Origin: Planctomycetota bacterium
Lineage (GTDB): Bacteria > Planctomycetota > GCA-002687715 > CAIWVZ01
Reading direction: 5' to 3'
Length of the DNA stretch: 64,000 nt
Assembly (NCBI GenBank): GCA_044222185.1
Contig: JBGANV010000001.1
Coordinates: 288,001-352,000, forward strand
Below the pieces are notes generated by a model. That model was not told the origin of the DNA, ran no database searches, and saw nothing but the letters and a program-made list of their open reading frames with translations. Within the stretch, counting starts at the first letter, position 1, and each line of letters starts with the position of its first letter. A program made the position numbers and the translations under genes. Below are positions 31,874 to 41,749 of the stretch, piece by piece.

Positions 31874-33177
31874 CACCCATCCTCGCCGTCCTGCTGTTCG
31901 TTCTCGGGCTGCCGCCGGCCGCGCGTCCAGACGTCGTCGTCATCCACGCGGCAAAGCTCTACGTCGGCGACGGGAAGGTCCTTTCACCTGCCGTCGTCGT
32001 CGTCACGGGCGGGAAGATCACGTTCGTCGGTGGCCAGGCCCCGGGGGACCTATCGGGTGCGCGACACGTCCGGATCACGGATGCGGTCGTGACCCCCGGC
32101 TTCATCGAAAGCGCATCCACCGTCGGCCTTCCGGGCGGCCTCTCCGAGAACGAGGAAGCGACTGAAGTCACTCCGTCGATCCGCGTCGCGCCCCTGCTCA
32201 ACCCGCGGGACGAGGGCTTCCGCCGCCTCCGGGAAGTGGGCGTGACGACGGCCGTCGTCTGTCCCGGCAACCGGAACGTGATCGGCGGCATCGACGCGCT
32301 CGTGAAGACGAAGGACTCGCATGTGGCGGCCGACCTCGTGGTGAAGCCCGAGGTGGCGTTGCACGCGGTGATGTCGTCCGAGCCCGCGTCAGGCAATTCG
32401 TCCGCGCGGTTCGGCGGCATCGGGCTCTTCACGCGCCGGCCCAACTCCCGCATGGGGGTCGTGTTCGAGCTGCGACACGCATTCCTCGACGGCACGATCC
32501 GCGGGCAGAAGGGTGCGCCCTCGTGGACTCGTTTCGACGACGACGAGGGCAACGTGATGATGTCGACGATCCGCGGCGAGCTGCCGGTGGAGATCGTCGC
32601 GCACAATCAGAACGAGATCCTCACGGCCCTGCACATCACGGACGAGTTCCGCGTGCCGAAGTTCTACCTGCAGGGCGGCGTGGAGGCGTACGTGCTGCGT
32701 GACCTGTTGGCGCGTCGAGGCGTCCCCGTGTTCATCGGCCCGATCTATCACCGCTCGCAGGTGCCGCTGGGCGTCTTCATCAGCCGTCACCAGGGCACCG
32801 GGGGCCAGGTCGATGGGGCTCCGTTGTTCACGGAGAACGGCGGCGAAGTCGGCGCCCCGAGGATGTTGAAGGACGCGGGCGTGAAATTCGCGTTCTCGTG
32901 TGGAACGAGCGCAGCCGGCGCGACGCTGCGTGACTACGCCTCGGCCGCGAGCCGGGCCGGCCTCCCGGAAGGCGATGCGATCGCCGCACTCACCGGATGG
33001 GCCGCGTCGATCCTCGGAGTCGCCGACCGTGTCGGCACGATCGCTCCAGGCAAGGACGCGGATCTGAACGTTTACTCGGGCGACCCGCTCTCGCCGGCGT
33101 CCCGATTGGAACTCGTGTTGATCGACGGTGCCGTGGTGTTCCGTGCGCCGGAAACGACGGCCAAGACGAAGGAGTGA
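31870..33177 (+). CDS. Secreted amidohydrolase-family paralogue 3 (metal HxH absent)
   Basis: Signal peptide; PGFIESAST; PNSRMG; GTIAPGKDADL. Confidence 0.82.
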   Translation: MTPILAVLLFVLGLPPAARPDVVVIHAAKLYVGDGKVLSPAVVVVTGGKITFVGGQAPGDLSGARHVRITDAVVTPGFIESASTVGLPGGLSENEEATEVTPSIRVAPLLNPRDEGFRRLREVGVTTAVVCPGNRNVIGGIDALVKTKDSHVAADLVVKPEVALHAVMSSEPASGNSSARFGGIGLFTRRPNSRMGVVFELRHAFLDGTIRGQKGAPSWTRFDDDEGNVMMSTIRGELPVEIVAHNQNEILTALHITDEFRVPKFYLQGGVEAYVLRDLLARRGVPVFIGPIYHRSQVPLGVFISRHQGTGGQVDGAPLFTENGGEVGAPRMLKDAGVKFAFSCGTSAAGATLRDYASAASRAGLPEGDAIAALTGWAASILGVADRVGTIAPGKDADLNVYSGDPLSPASRLELVLIDGAVVFRAPETTAKTKE

Positions 33178-33181
33178 TGAC

Positions 33182-34423
33182 GTGATCCGAAAGATCGCCC
33201 TGATCGGGTTCTGCCTGGCCGCCTCCATGGCCGCACAGGACCTCCTGGTGAAGAACGCCAAGCTCATCACGTGCACCGGGCCGGAATCGGCCACGCCCGT
33301 CGACGTTCGCGTCGAGAACGGGCGGATCACGAAGATCGAAGCCGCGATAAAGGCTCCCGCACGCACGCCGACGATCGATGCGAAGGGCAAGGTCGTGATG
33401 CCGGCGTTCGTCATGGCGCACACGTCGGAAGGCGTCGATCGCCCGAACGAGGTGATGGACGTCGTCCCCTTCGTCTCCGTGCTCGACTCCATCGATCCCA
33501 CGCGGCCGTTCTTCGACGACTGTCTGCGGGACGGCGTCTACACGATCAACATCATGCCGGCGGATCGCACGGTGATCGGCGGCATGGGCCGGATCCTCAG
33601 GCCGTTCGGGCGCGTCGTCGAGGACATGACGATCGTCCCCGACGCCGGGCTCAAGCTCTCCATGATTCCGCCGAGCGGCAACAGGGCTGCGCACATGGCG
33701 AAGCTACGCGCGGCGCTCGAGGACGCGCGGCGCTACCTCGATGGCAAGCAGCGCGACGCGGCCGAGTCCAAGCCGACGGGCAACGTCCAGTTCGACCTCG
33801 AGGCCATGTCGATCGAGCGTCGCAAGATGGCGTTGTCCCGCGTCCTGAAGAAGGAGCTTCCGACGTACGTGAGCTGCCAGGAGGCCGGCGACGTCTGGCG
33901 GGCGCTCTCGCTCGCGCAGGAATTCGACATCGACGTGCGATTGGTCCTCTGGCCCCAGTCCTGGCGCGCGGCGGCCATGGTCGCGAAGGCCAAGGTCCCC
34001 GTGATCCTCGCGCCGGACTTCGAGTCGGAGGAGATGGACCCGGATTCGGGCAAGATGACGACGCACATCCTTCCGAAGATCCTGTTCGATGCAGGCGTCG
34101 AGTTCTCCGTGACCGCGCGGCCATCGAACCTCGGCCAGCGTTACCTCTGGTACCAGGCGGCGTCACTGGTTCGCTACGGGATCCCGCGCGACGTGGCGCT
34201 GAAGTCCGTGACACTCACGGCGGCGAAGAACCTGGGCCTCGCCAAGTCCAAGGGTTCGCTCGAGGCGGGGAAGGACGCCGACCTGATCGTGTTGACGGCC
34301 GATCCTCTTTCCGGCGCGGCGTGGGTCGAAACGGGCGTCATCGAAGGTCGCGTCGTCTACGAGCGGCGCGCGGACAAGCACCTGGCGGAAGTCCTCGGCG
34401 TCGGCGGGACGGAAAAGAACTGA
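33182..34423 (+). CDS. Secreted amidohydrolase-family paralogue 4 (single His)
   Basis: GTG start after GGAG; signal peptide; PAFVMAHTS; GSLEAGKDADL. Confidence 0.8.
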   Translation: MIRKIALIGFCLAASMAAQDLLVKNAKLITCTGPESATPVDVRVENGRITKIEAAIKAPARTPTIDAKGKVVMPAFVMAHTSEGVDRPNEVMDVVPFVSVLDSIDPTRPFFDDCLRDGVYTINIMPADRTVIGGMGRILRPFGRVVEDMTIVPDAGLKLSMIPPSGNRAAHMAKLRAALEDARRYLDGKQRDAAESKPTGNVQFDLEAMSIERRKMALSRVLKKELPTYVSCQEAGDVWRALSLAQEFDIDVRLVLWPQSWRAAAMVAKAKVPVILAPDFESEEMDPDSGKMTTHILPKILFDAGVEFSVTARPSNLGQRYLWYQAASLVRYGIPRDVALKSVTLTAAKNLGLAKSKGSLEAGKDADLIVLTADPLSGAAWVETGVIEGRVVYERRADKHLAEVLGVGGTEKN

Positions 34424-34424
34424 A

Positions 34425-37262
34425 ATGAAGCGTGTGATCCTGGCGCTCTTCGCAACGGTCACGGGCTTCGTGTCGGCCCAGGACGCTGCCCCAGCGACGA
34501 TGGTGATCAAGGCCGGCGCGGTCTGGCTCGCGCCCGACCGGGTTCAGACCAACGCCGCCATCGTGATCGAGAAGGGGACGATCACGTCCATCGGCCCGTC
34601 GGCGACGGTAGCCGTACCCGCCGGAGCCGAAGTGATCGACCTGCCGCAGGGGACGGTCACCGCATCGCTCGTCCTCGCGCACCTGCGCCCGGCGGGCGTG
34701 CAAGCCGACCCGACGGCGATGGTCACGCCGACGGCGATCGCGGCGGACGCGTTCGACCCGTTCGTCCCGCAGCCCGCCCTGACGCGCGGCGGCATCGGGA
34801 TCGCCTACCTCAGCCCGGGCGCCGAGCGGCTCGTGACCGGTCAAGGCTCGGTGGTCCGGATCGGCGTCCTCGATCCGGCCACGGCGGTGATCACACGGCG
34901 CGCGTCCCTCCGCTGCAACGTCGGCGAGGGGCCGCGTTCCACGCCGTCCATCTTCAAGCCTCCCGTGCTGCCGGGACCCGACGATCCGTTCAAGCCGACG
35001 GAGCCGCAGGGGCCGAAGACACGCGCAGCCGCCATCGCCGGCCTGCGTTCCCTGTTCACGAAGGCGCAAGCTGAACGGAAATCGCCGCAGGCCCCGGCCG
35101 AGGACGACGTCGATCTGCGCCCGTTCATCGACGCGCTCGAGGGCAAGCTCGTCGTGCGCGTCGCCGCTGACCGCGAGGCGGACATCACGCGCGTGATCGA
35201 CCTCGCCCGCGAGTTCAAGCTCAAGCTCGTGATCGAGGGCGGCAACGAGGCAGGCGCCGTCGCTGCGCAGTTGAAGGACATCGACGCGGCCGTCGTGCTT
35301 CGGGTTACCGATCTGGCTCCCGTGGGCCGGTCGGACCTGGCGCCCATGTTCCGCGCAGCGGGAGAGGGCGACCCGACGACGCCGCGCCGGCTCGCAGCCG
35401 CGGGCGTTCGATTCGCGATCATCCCGCCCACGGACGCCGAGGCCTCGAACCTGGCACTCTGGGCAGCGAAGACGGTCGCCTGGGGACTCGGTCCGCAGGA
35501 CGCGTTCGCCGCGATCACCACCCGCGCCGCGGAGGTGATCGGGGCCGACAAGGCCGTCGGTTCATTGGCTCCGAACCGCGTCGCCGACCTCGTCGCATGG
35601 CCGGGGAGCCCGTTCGACGTCACCGCCAGACCGAGGCTCGTCCTGGCACAGGGACGCCTGACGCACCGCGCGAAGTCGCGAGACGACCTCGTGGCCATCA
35701 CGGCACGGCGGATCCACACGTGCAACGGCGACGCCATCGACAATGCGACGATCGTCGTCGATCAGGGCAAGATCCGCAGCGTCGGGCGCGACGTCGCCAT
35801 TCCCCCGGATGCGAGGCGCTTCGTCTACCCGGATGCCGTGATCGTTCCCGGGTTCGTCGATGGCGGTACGCAGGTCGGTATCCGCGGATACCAGCTGATC
35901 TCCGACGACGCCATCGAGCCCACACCGCCGCTCGGAGCGCTCGGGCTCGAGCAGTTCCCGTCGAAGTACTTCGACGTCGAACTGCCGTCCGTGCGCGCCG
36001 CCGCTGCGGCCGGAGTCACGACCGTCGCGTTGTCCCCGGGCCTCGGTCGACTCACGGCTGGCACCGTCTCCGTCGTGAAGACGAGCGGTGCACGCGCTGA
36101 CCGGCTGTCGAAGATCGGCGGCGTCCTGTTCGACATGCGGGCGCTCGCGCCGGGTGAGTCCACCCGAAAGCAGATCGACTCCGTTCTCGAGAGCGGCAAG
36201 AAGTACCACGAGTCCTGGGTTGCCTACGAGAAGGCTCTCGACGAGTGGAAGAAGGGCAAGAAGCCGGACGACAAGCAGGATCGCGTCGTCGGGGCCGTGA
36301 AGGCGCCACGTCCGCGTGACCCCGTGAGCGGCTCCTGGTCGGGCAACGTCCGCGTTTCGATCATCCCGCGGCCGATTCCGTTTTCGATGACGCTGAAGCT
36401 GGACGGGACGAAGGTCACGGGCAGCATCACGTCGCAGATGTCACGCGGGCGCAGCGTGGACTTCTCCGGTCATTTCCAGGACGGGCAGCTGTCGGCGGAA
36501 TTCGACACGGAGAACCAGCACATCACGATCACGGCGACGGTCGGGCGCGACTCCATGAGCGGGTCGGCGCGGCTCGGCGAGGGAATCGAGGCCACGTTCG
36601 ATGCGACCCGCACCGAGGGTGGCGGCGAAGCGGACTCCGACAAGCCGGCGGACGACAAGTCGAAGGACGACAAGAAGAGCGACAAGGACGACGGCCGTCC
36701 CAAGCCACCGGCCAAGGTCGAGGCGCAGGAACCCTTCCGCGAGATCTTCGCGGATCGTGCGTCGGCGTTCGTCGCGGTCGTGGACGATCAGATCGTCGAC
36801 GCCGTCATCGACGTCTTCCGCACGAAGTACGACGTCCGCGTCGTGATCGTGACGACGCAGGACATCCGGCACTTCGCCGGACGCCTCGGTGCGGCCGGGG
36901 TGGCACTCGCGCCGACTGCCGCGTCGATTCGCGAAGAGGAGGGCGTCCTCATCAACCCGGCCCTCATCGGCGTCCAGGCCAAGATGCCCGTGCTCTTCCG
37001 CTCCGGCCCCGACGGGGACTCGAGAACGCTCTACCGCATCGCCGAGATGGCCGTTCGCGACGGCGTCGACCCGGAAGATGCCCTTCGAATGATCACTCGA
37101 CAGCCCGCACGGTTCCTGGGAATGCTCGATCGCGTCGGAAGTCTCGAGCGCGGCAAGGACGCGGATCTCGTGATCCTCTCCGGAGAGCCATTCAATGGAA
37201 CCACGCGCGTCACGCGCGTGATGGTCGACGGTCGATTTGTTGACGAGGAGACGACGAAATGA
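34425..37262 (+). CDS. Secreted tandem two-domain amidohydrolase-family paralogue 5 with beta-rich insert
   Basis: Signal peptide; domain A LVLAHLR..GSLAPNRVADL; domain B PGFVDGGT..GSLERGKDADL; neither has HxH. Confidence 0.82.
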   Translation: MKRVILALFATVTGFVSAQDAAPATMVIKAGAVWLAPDRVQTNAAIVIEKGTITSIGPSATVAVPAGAEVIDLPQGTVTASLVLAHLRPAGVQADPTAMVTPTAIAADAFDPFVPQPALTRGGIGIAYLSPGAERLVTGQGSVVRIGVLDPATAVITRRASLRCNVGEGPRSTPSIFKPPVLPGPDDPFKPTEPQGPKTRAAAIAGLRSLFTKAQAERKSPQAPAEDDVDLRPFIDALEGKLVVRVAADREADITRVIDLAREFKLKLVIEGGNEAGAVAAQLKDIDAAVVLRVTDLAPVGRSDLAPMFRAAGEGDPTTPRRLAAAGVRFAIIPPTDAEASNLALWAAKTVAWGLGPQDAFAAITTRAAEVIGADKAVGSLAPNRVADLVAWPGSPFDVTARPRLVLAQGRLTHRAKSRDDLVAITARRIHTCNGDAIDNATIVVDQGKIRSVGRDVAIPPDARRFVYPDAVIVPGFVDGGTQVGIRGYQLISDDAIEPTPPLGALGLEQFPSKYFDVELPSVRAAAAAGVTTVALSPGLGRLTAGTVSVVKTSGARADRLSKIGGVLFDMRALAPGESTRKQIDSVLESGKKYHESWVAYEKALDEWKKGKKPDDKQDRVVGAVKAPRPRDPVSGSWSGNVRVSIIPRPIPFSMTLKLDGTKVTGSITSQMSRGRSVDFSGHFQDGQLSAEFDTENQHITITATVGRDSMSGSARLGEGIEATFDATRTEGGGEADSDKPADDKSKDDKKSDKDDGRPKPPAKVEAQEPFREIFADRASAFVAVVDDQIVDAVIDVFRTKYDVRVVIVTTQDIRHFAGRLGAAGVALAPTAASIREEEGVLINPALIGVQAKMPVLFRSGPDGDSRTLYRIAEMAVRDGVDPEDALRMITRQPARFLGMLDRVGSLERGKDADLVILSGEPFNGTTRVTRVMVDGRFVDEETTK

Positions 37263-38512
37263 TCCGTTTGCGTTCCTGTCTCCTGGCAGTCTTCGCGCTG
37301 CTCGTACCGAGCGTCGCACAGGAGTCGCGCAACGCGACGCCGAACGACGCCTGGCGCGCGATCGTGCACGGGCGCGTTCTTCCCGTCACGTCGGCGCCCA
37401 TCGACGACGGCGTCGTCCTCATCCACGGCAAGAAGATCGCGGCGGTCGGGGCCTTCGGCTCGGTCGAGATACCCGCGGGCGCGGAGATCATCGACGCGAC
37501 GAACCACCTCGTGGTGCCGGGCTTCATCGAGATGCACAACCACACGGGCATCTCCGACGCGCACGACATCGTGTTCCAGGTGAACCCGGAACTCCGCGTC
37601 GTGGACAACATCCAGTTCCGCACGGGTGAGATGAAGACCGCCGTCGCGGGCGGAATGACCACACTCATGGCGATCCCCGGGTCCGGCACCAACATGGGCG
37701 GATTCGGCGTCGTCATGAAGACTTGGGGTCGCACGCCGGAGGACGTCATCGTCCGCTTCCCCGGATCGTTGAAGATCGCGCAGGCCGGCAACCCGGAGCG
37801 GTTCGGCGGTGAGGTGGGCGCGGGCCGCATGGGCATGAACTGGCTCATCCGCAACGTGCTGATCGAAGGCCGCGAATACAACCGCGCGTGGGAGCGATAC
37901 GAGAAGGGCGAGACGAAGACCGCGCCGGAGAAGAACCTCCGCTACGAGATGCTCCGCGGGCTGTTCCGGAAGGAGTACCCGATCACGGTGCACACGCAGT
38001 GGTTCCAGGTCGTCCAGTCGACGATCCGGATCCTCAAGCGCGAGCTGAACCTCGACCCGGTCGTCGATCACGGCGAGTGGGAGGGGTACATGAACACGCC
38101 GGAGCTGCACGAGCTGGGGATCCAGGTCGCTGCTGGTCCGCGCGGGTACGACTACGATCGCCGGCAGGCGCGGTTCATCGGAATTCCAGCGGCCTATTAC
38201 TGGCGCGGCATCGACGAGGATTCGATCGGTGTCAACACCGACGCGCCGGTCGTTCCGCAGGAAGAGCTGCCCTATCAGGTGAGCATGGCGATCCGGCTGG
38301 GGCTGCCCGAGGACGTGGCGTTGAAGTCGGTGACGATCAACCCCGCCCGGATGCTCAAGCTCGAGAAGCGCATCGGCAGCCTCGAGCCCGGCAAGGACGC
38401 GGACGTTTGCGTCTGGACCGGCGACCCGTTCGACCCCAGGCATCGCACACAGGTGGTGATCATCGATGGAGACGTGGCCTATGACGCGGCGCGCGATGGC
38501 ATCCGCTTCTGA
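37259..38512 (+). CDS. Secreted amidohydrolase-family paralogue 6 (metal-binding site intact)
   Basis: Signal peptide; PGFIEMHNH, LKIAQAGNP (candidate bridging Lys), ITVH, VDHGE, NTDAP, GSLEPGKDADV. Confidence 0.88.
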   Translation: MIRLRSCLLAVFALLVPSVAQESRNATPNDAWRAIVHGRVLPVTSAPIDDGVVLIHGKKIAAVGAFGSVEIPAGAEIIDATNHLVVPGFIEMHNHTGISDAHDIVFQVNPELRVVDNIQFRTGEMKTAVAGGMTTLMAIPGSGTNMGGFGVVMKTWGRTPEDVIVRFPGSLKIAQAGNPERFGGEVGAGRMGMNWLIRNVLIEGREYNRAWERYEKGETKTAPEKNLRYEMLRGLFRKEYPITVHTQWFQVVQSTIRILKRELNLDPVVDHGEWEGYMNTPELHELGIQVAAGPRGYDYDRRQARFIGIPAAYYWRGIDEDSIGVNTDAPVVPQEELPYQVSMAIRLGLPEDVALKSVTINPARMLKLEKRIGSLEPGKDADVCVWTGDPFDPRHRTQVVIIDGDVAYDAARDGIRF

Positions 38513-39785
38513 TCGGTGGCGGCATGTCGCCGTCGCACTCTGCATGCTCGCGGGCTCGGCGCTCGTCGCCCAGGACGCCGTCAGGCCGACGGCGATTCGG
38601 GTACATCGTGCCCTGACCGTATCCGGCGCGCCCATCGAGGACGCGACGATCGTCATCGAAGACGGCAAGATCACGGCCATCGGCAAGAGCGCCGACGTGA
38701 CCGTTCCGGAGGACGCGGAGGTCCTGGAGGCCGACGTGGCCACTCCGGGATTCATCCACCCGTTCTCGACCGCCTTCGTGGCGCAACAGAACTACGACGT
38801 CAACGGGAAGAACAGCAACGGAGATCGCTTCGTTGCCGACGATCTCCGACCGAACTGGGACGGAGTGAAGGCCCTGGCGCGTGCGGGCTTCACGCGGCTG
38901 AACGTCGTCACCTCGGACGGGGGGATCGCGCCGACGAGCGTTCTCATCAAGACGATCGCAAAGCAGGATCGGCCGATCCGCCCTGAGATGATCATCGTGC
39001 AGCGCCGCTCGGCGCTGATCGCGGGCTTCGAGCCGCGAACGAGCACGAAGGCATTCTGGAAGGACTTGCTGCCCAAGGCGAAGAAGGCCAAGGAAGGCCG
39101 CGCGGCGGCGCCCAAGGGTGAGGCAGAGAAGCCCGCGTCGTCCGCCACCGAGTCCAAGCCCGGCGCGGAATCGAAGCCGGGAGATGCGAGTCGCCCGGCG
39201 TCCCGTCCGGCGGCGGCTCCGCCCGACGCCAAGCTGGTCCCGCTCGTCGACTACCTCGACGGCAAGCTGCCGGCGATCCTTTCGCTACAGGGCGCTGGGG
39301 CGGTGATGCACCTTCAAGCGATCCTGAAGGAGAACGCGGAGTTTCGGCCCACGCTCTTCTTCTTCGGCGAGGACGCGTGGCGAGTCGTCGACCGGGTGAA
39401 GGAACTCGGGATGCCGGTCATCCTCCCGACGGCGCTTCGAGACAAGCCGGACACGATCATCGAAGTGGTTCCGCCGCGCGAATTCCTCGATGCCGGCGTA
39501 GCCGTCGCGCTCGTCCCGGAGAACGGTTTCCAGCAGGAGTACACGGGCTTCGCATTCCACGTCGGCGAACTCGTCCGCCGCGGAGTGGACCCGGCGCAGG
39601 CGCTGCGCGCCGTGACGCTGACCCCCGCCGAGATCCTTGGGATCCAGTCTGAGGTCGGGTCGCTGGAGAAGGGCAAGGCGGGCGACGTCCTGCTTTGGAC
39701 CGGCGCGCCGTTCGAGCCGACGTCCAGGCTGCTGCGGGTGGTCGTGGGCGGCGAGACGGTCCTCGATGTGAGCAAGGAGCAGTGA
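38481..39785 (+). CDS. Secreted amidohydrolase-family paralogue 7 (metal HxH absent)
   Basis: Signal peptide (start could be 38496); PGFIHPFST; GSLEKGKAGDV. Confidence 0.8.
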   Translation: MTRRAMASASDRWRHVAVALCMLAGSALVAQDAVRPTAIRVHRALTVSGAPIEDATIVIEDGKITAIGKSADVTVPEDAEVLEADVATPGFIHPFSTAFVAQQNYDVNGKNSNGDRFVADDLRPNWDGVKALARAGFTRLNVVTSDGGIAPTSVLIKTIAKQDRPIRPEMIIVQRRSALIAGFEPRTSTKAFWKDLLPKAKKAKEGRAAAPKGEAEKPASSATESKPGAESKPGDASRPASRPAAAPPDAKLVPLVDYLDGKLPAILSLQGAGAVMHLQAILKENAEFRPTLFFFGEDAWRVVDRVKELGMPVILPTALRDKPDTIIEVVPPREFLDAGVAVALVPENGFQQEYTGFAFHVGELVRRGVDPAQALRAVTLTPAEILGIQSEVGSLEKGKAGDVLLWTGAPFEPTSRLLRVVVGGETVLDVSKEQ

Positions 39786-41302
39786 TGCGTCGCTTCGTCA
39801 TGATCAGCGCGCTACTTCTCGCGGCTGCGGCCAGCGCCGTTGCGCAGGTTCCGGACTCGCGGCCGGAGTCGCGTCCGGGGTCCCGTCCCGTGATCGGCGA
39901 CCAGCGCGACGGCGGCGGCGAGCCGACCTCGCGCCCGCGCGGCGGCCGGCGGCGCCCAGGTGGCGGCCAGCCCATCGGGGCGGAATCGCGCGCGGCGCGT
40001 GACCTCGCCCAATCGGAAACCCGTCCGGACTCTCGCGCCGAATCGAAGCCCGCGGAGAGCCCGTTCATCGCCTTCGTCAACGGCACCATCCACCAGGTGA
40101 GTGGTCCCGTAATCCGCCAGGGCACGGTGCTCGTGAAGGATGACAAGATCATCCAGGTCGGGCGGAACGTACAGATTCCAGACGGCGCGCGCATCGTCGA
40201 CGTCAACGACAAACACGTCGCACCGGGGTTCGTCGCGTTGCGGTCCAGCGGGACGTTCGGTGGCGGCTTCGCGCCGCGCGGCGAGCAGGAGAAGCTCTCG
40301 GATCAGGCCGACCCGTTCAGCCAGAGCATGCTGATGGCCGTCGCGCACGGGATCACGACCGCGTGCGAGGGAGGTAACGGCTCTCCCGTCGGGCAGGTCG
40401 GTGGGTTCATCGGCAAGCACGCGTACGGAAGCGTCGACGGCATGTACCTCCGCGATCCCGCGGCGGTCTTCCTCACCTATGGTCAGGGCAGCATCTCGGA
40501 TCGGATGCAGACTCGCGACATCCTGAAGAAGGCGGTCGAGTACCGACAGAAGCGCAACGCTTACGTCGCCGAGGTCATGGGCGGAAAGAAGGATGCGAAG
40601 GCTCCGACCGGCGACGAGGGCGCGAAGTTGTTCCTCCGCGTCATGGACGGCGAGCTCCCATGCTTCGTGAATGCATCGACCGGACCGGAGCTGCAGGCGA
40701 TTGCCGACCTCGCCACCGAGTTCGAGCTTCCCATGGTTGTGCTCGACGGTCGCGAGGCGTGGACGATGACGGATCGGCTGGCTCGAGCGCCGCTCAGCTT
40801 CATCCTGTCGCCGCGCGTCCGCGGGCCAGCCGGTCCGGCCGGCAACGAGGCGCGGGACTTCACGGAGAAGCCCAGCGGGTGGAGCATCACCAACGCGGCC
40901 GTGCTCGAGCGCGCCGGCATCCCGTGGGGGATTCAGGCCCTTTCCGGATTCGTCGGCACGGGCGGGTTGCCCGGGCGCGATCTCATGCAGCTCAACATGG
41001 ACGCGGCGTTCGCCATCCGGGGTGGCGCCAGTGATGCGATGGCGCTGCGGGCCATCACGTTGTCGGCCGCCGAGATCCTCAAGATCCAGGACCGGGTCGG
41101 GAGCCTGTCGCCCGGAAAGGACGCCGACATCGTCGTCTTCGACCTCGAACCACTCGACTACCGCGCGTTCGCCGAGCGCGTCTACGTGAACGGCAAGCTC
41201 GTCTACGAGAAGGACAAGGTGTCGCTCTTCAACCACATCCAGACGGACCGCTCGAAGGGTCTGAAGGGTCAGTGGTGGAACGAGCGCCTGGACCAGAAAT
41301 AG
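39785..41302 (+). CDS. Secreted amidohydrolase-family paralogue 8 (metal HxH absent)
   Basis: AGGAG RBS, TGATG overlap; signal peptide; SRP-rich N-terminus; PGFVALRSS; GSLSPGKDADI. Confidence 0.8.
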   Translation: MRRFVMISALLLAAAASAVAQVPDSRPESRPGSRPVIGDQRDGGGEPTSRPRGGRRRPGGGQPIGAESRAARDLAQSETRPDSRAESKPAESPFIAFVNGTIHQVSGPVIRQGTVLVKDDKIIQVGRNVQIPDGARIVDVNDKHVAPGFVALRSSGTFGGGFAPRGEQEKLSDQADPFSQSMLMAVAHGITTACEGGNGSPVGQVGGFIGKHAYGSVDGMYLRDPAAVFLTYGQGSISDRMQTRDILKKAVEYRQKRNAYVAEVMGGKKDAKAPTGDEGAKLFLRVMDGELPCFVNASTGPELQAIADLATEFELPMVVLDGREAWTMTDRLARAPLSFILSPRVRGPAGPAGNEARDFTEKPSGWSITNAAVLERAGIPWGIQALSGFVGTGGLPGRDLMQLNMDAAFAIRGGASDAMALRAITLSAAEILKIQDRVGSLSPGKDADIVVFDLEPLDYRAFAERVYVNGKLVYEKDKVSLFNHIQTDRSKGLKGQWWNERLDQK

Positions 41303-41313
41303 CGCGTACCGCC

Positions 41314-41597
41314 GGAGCGCCGCGTTTCACGCGGCCGGATGGCAGGGCTCCGCCCTGCCGGGAACGGCGACGGGCATCGAGCGGTTGCAGGGCGACGGGC
41401 CGGCGACACTCGCGGCCGGGCTGAAGCCCTGCCGAACCGGCTACGCTGGAGCGCCGCGTTTCACGCGGCCGGATGGCAGGGCTCTGCCCTGCCGGGAACG
41501 GCGACGGGCATCGAGTGGTTGCAGGGCGACGGGGCCGGCGACACTCGCGGCCGGGCTGGGGCCCGGCCGAACCGGCCACGCTGGAGCGTGGCGCTCC
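41314..41597. repeat. Tandem ~134-135 bp palindromic (REP/BIME-like) repeat: two full copies plus the start of a third
   Basis: GGAGCGCCGCGTTTCACGCGGC begins at 41314 and 41448, with GGAGCG again at 41583; internal hairpins GCCGCG-TTTCA-CGCGGC, GCAGGGC-TCC-GCCCTGC, GCCGGGC-TGGG-GCCCGGC. Confidence 0.85.
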
Positions 41598-41749
41598 GGG
41601 GTGTCAGCGGGAGGCGATCCGTCGACCGCGCAATGGCGATAGGGCGCAGCGGCGATCTCGTTCGTATCCTTCGGCGGCGCCGGCCCGTCCGGCGTCGGGT
41701 CTGACTGGGCTCGGATGGGAACCTCCGCGCCGCAACCGGAGAGCTCGTG

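Noticed and set aside
29161-41302. Amidohydrolase array as decaying pseudogenes or an assembly artefact
   Set aside because: All frames are intact, have signal peptides, are tightly coupled and are highly divergent from one another.
41314-41597. Possible CRISPR array
   Set aside because: Whole ~134 bp units are duplicated with no unique spacers, and there are no cas genes.
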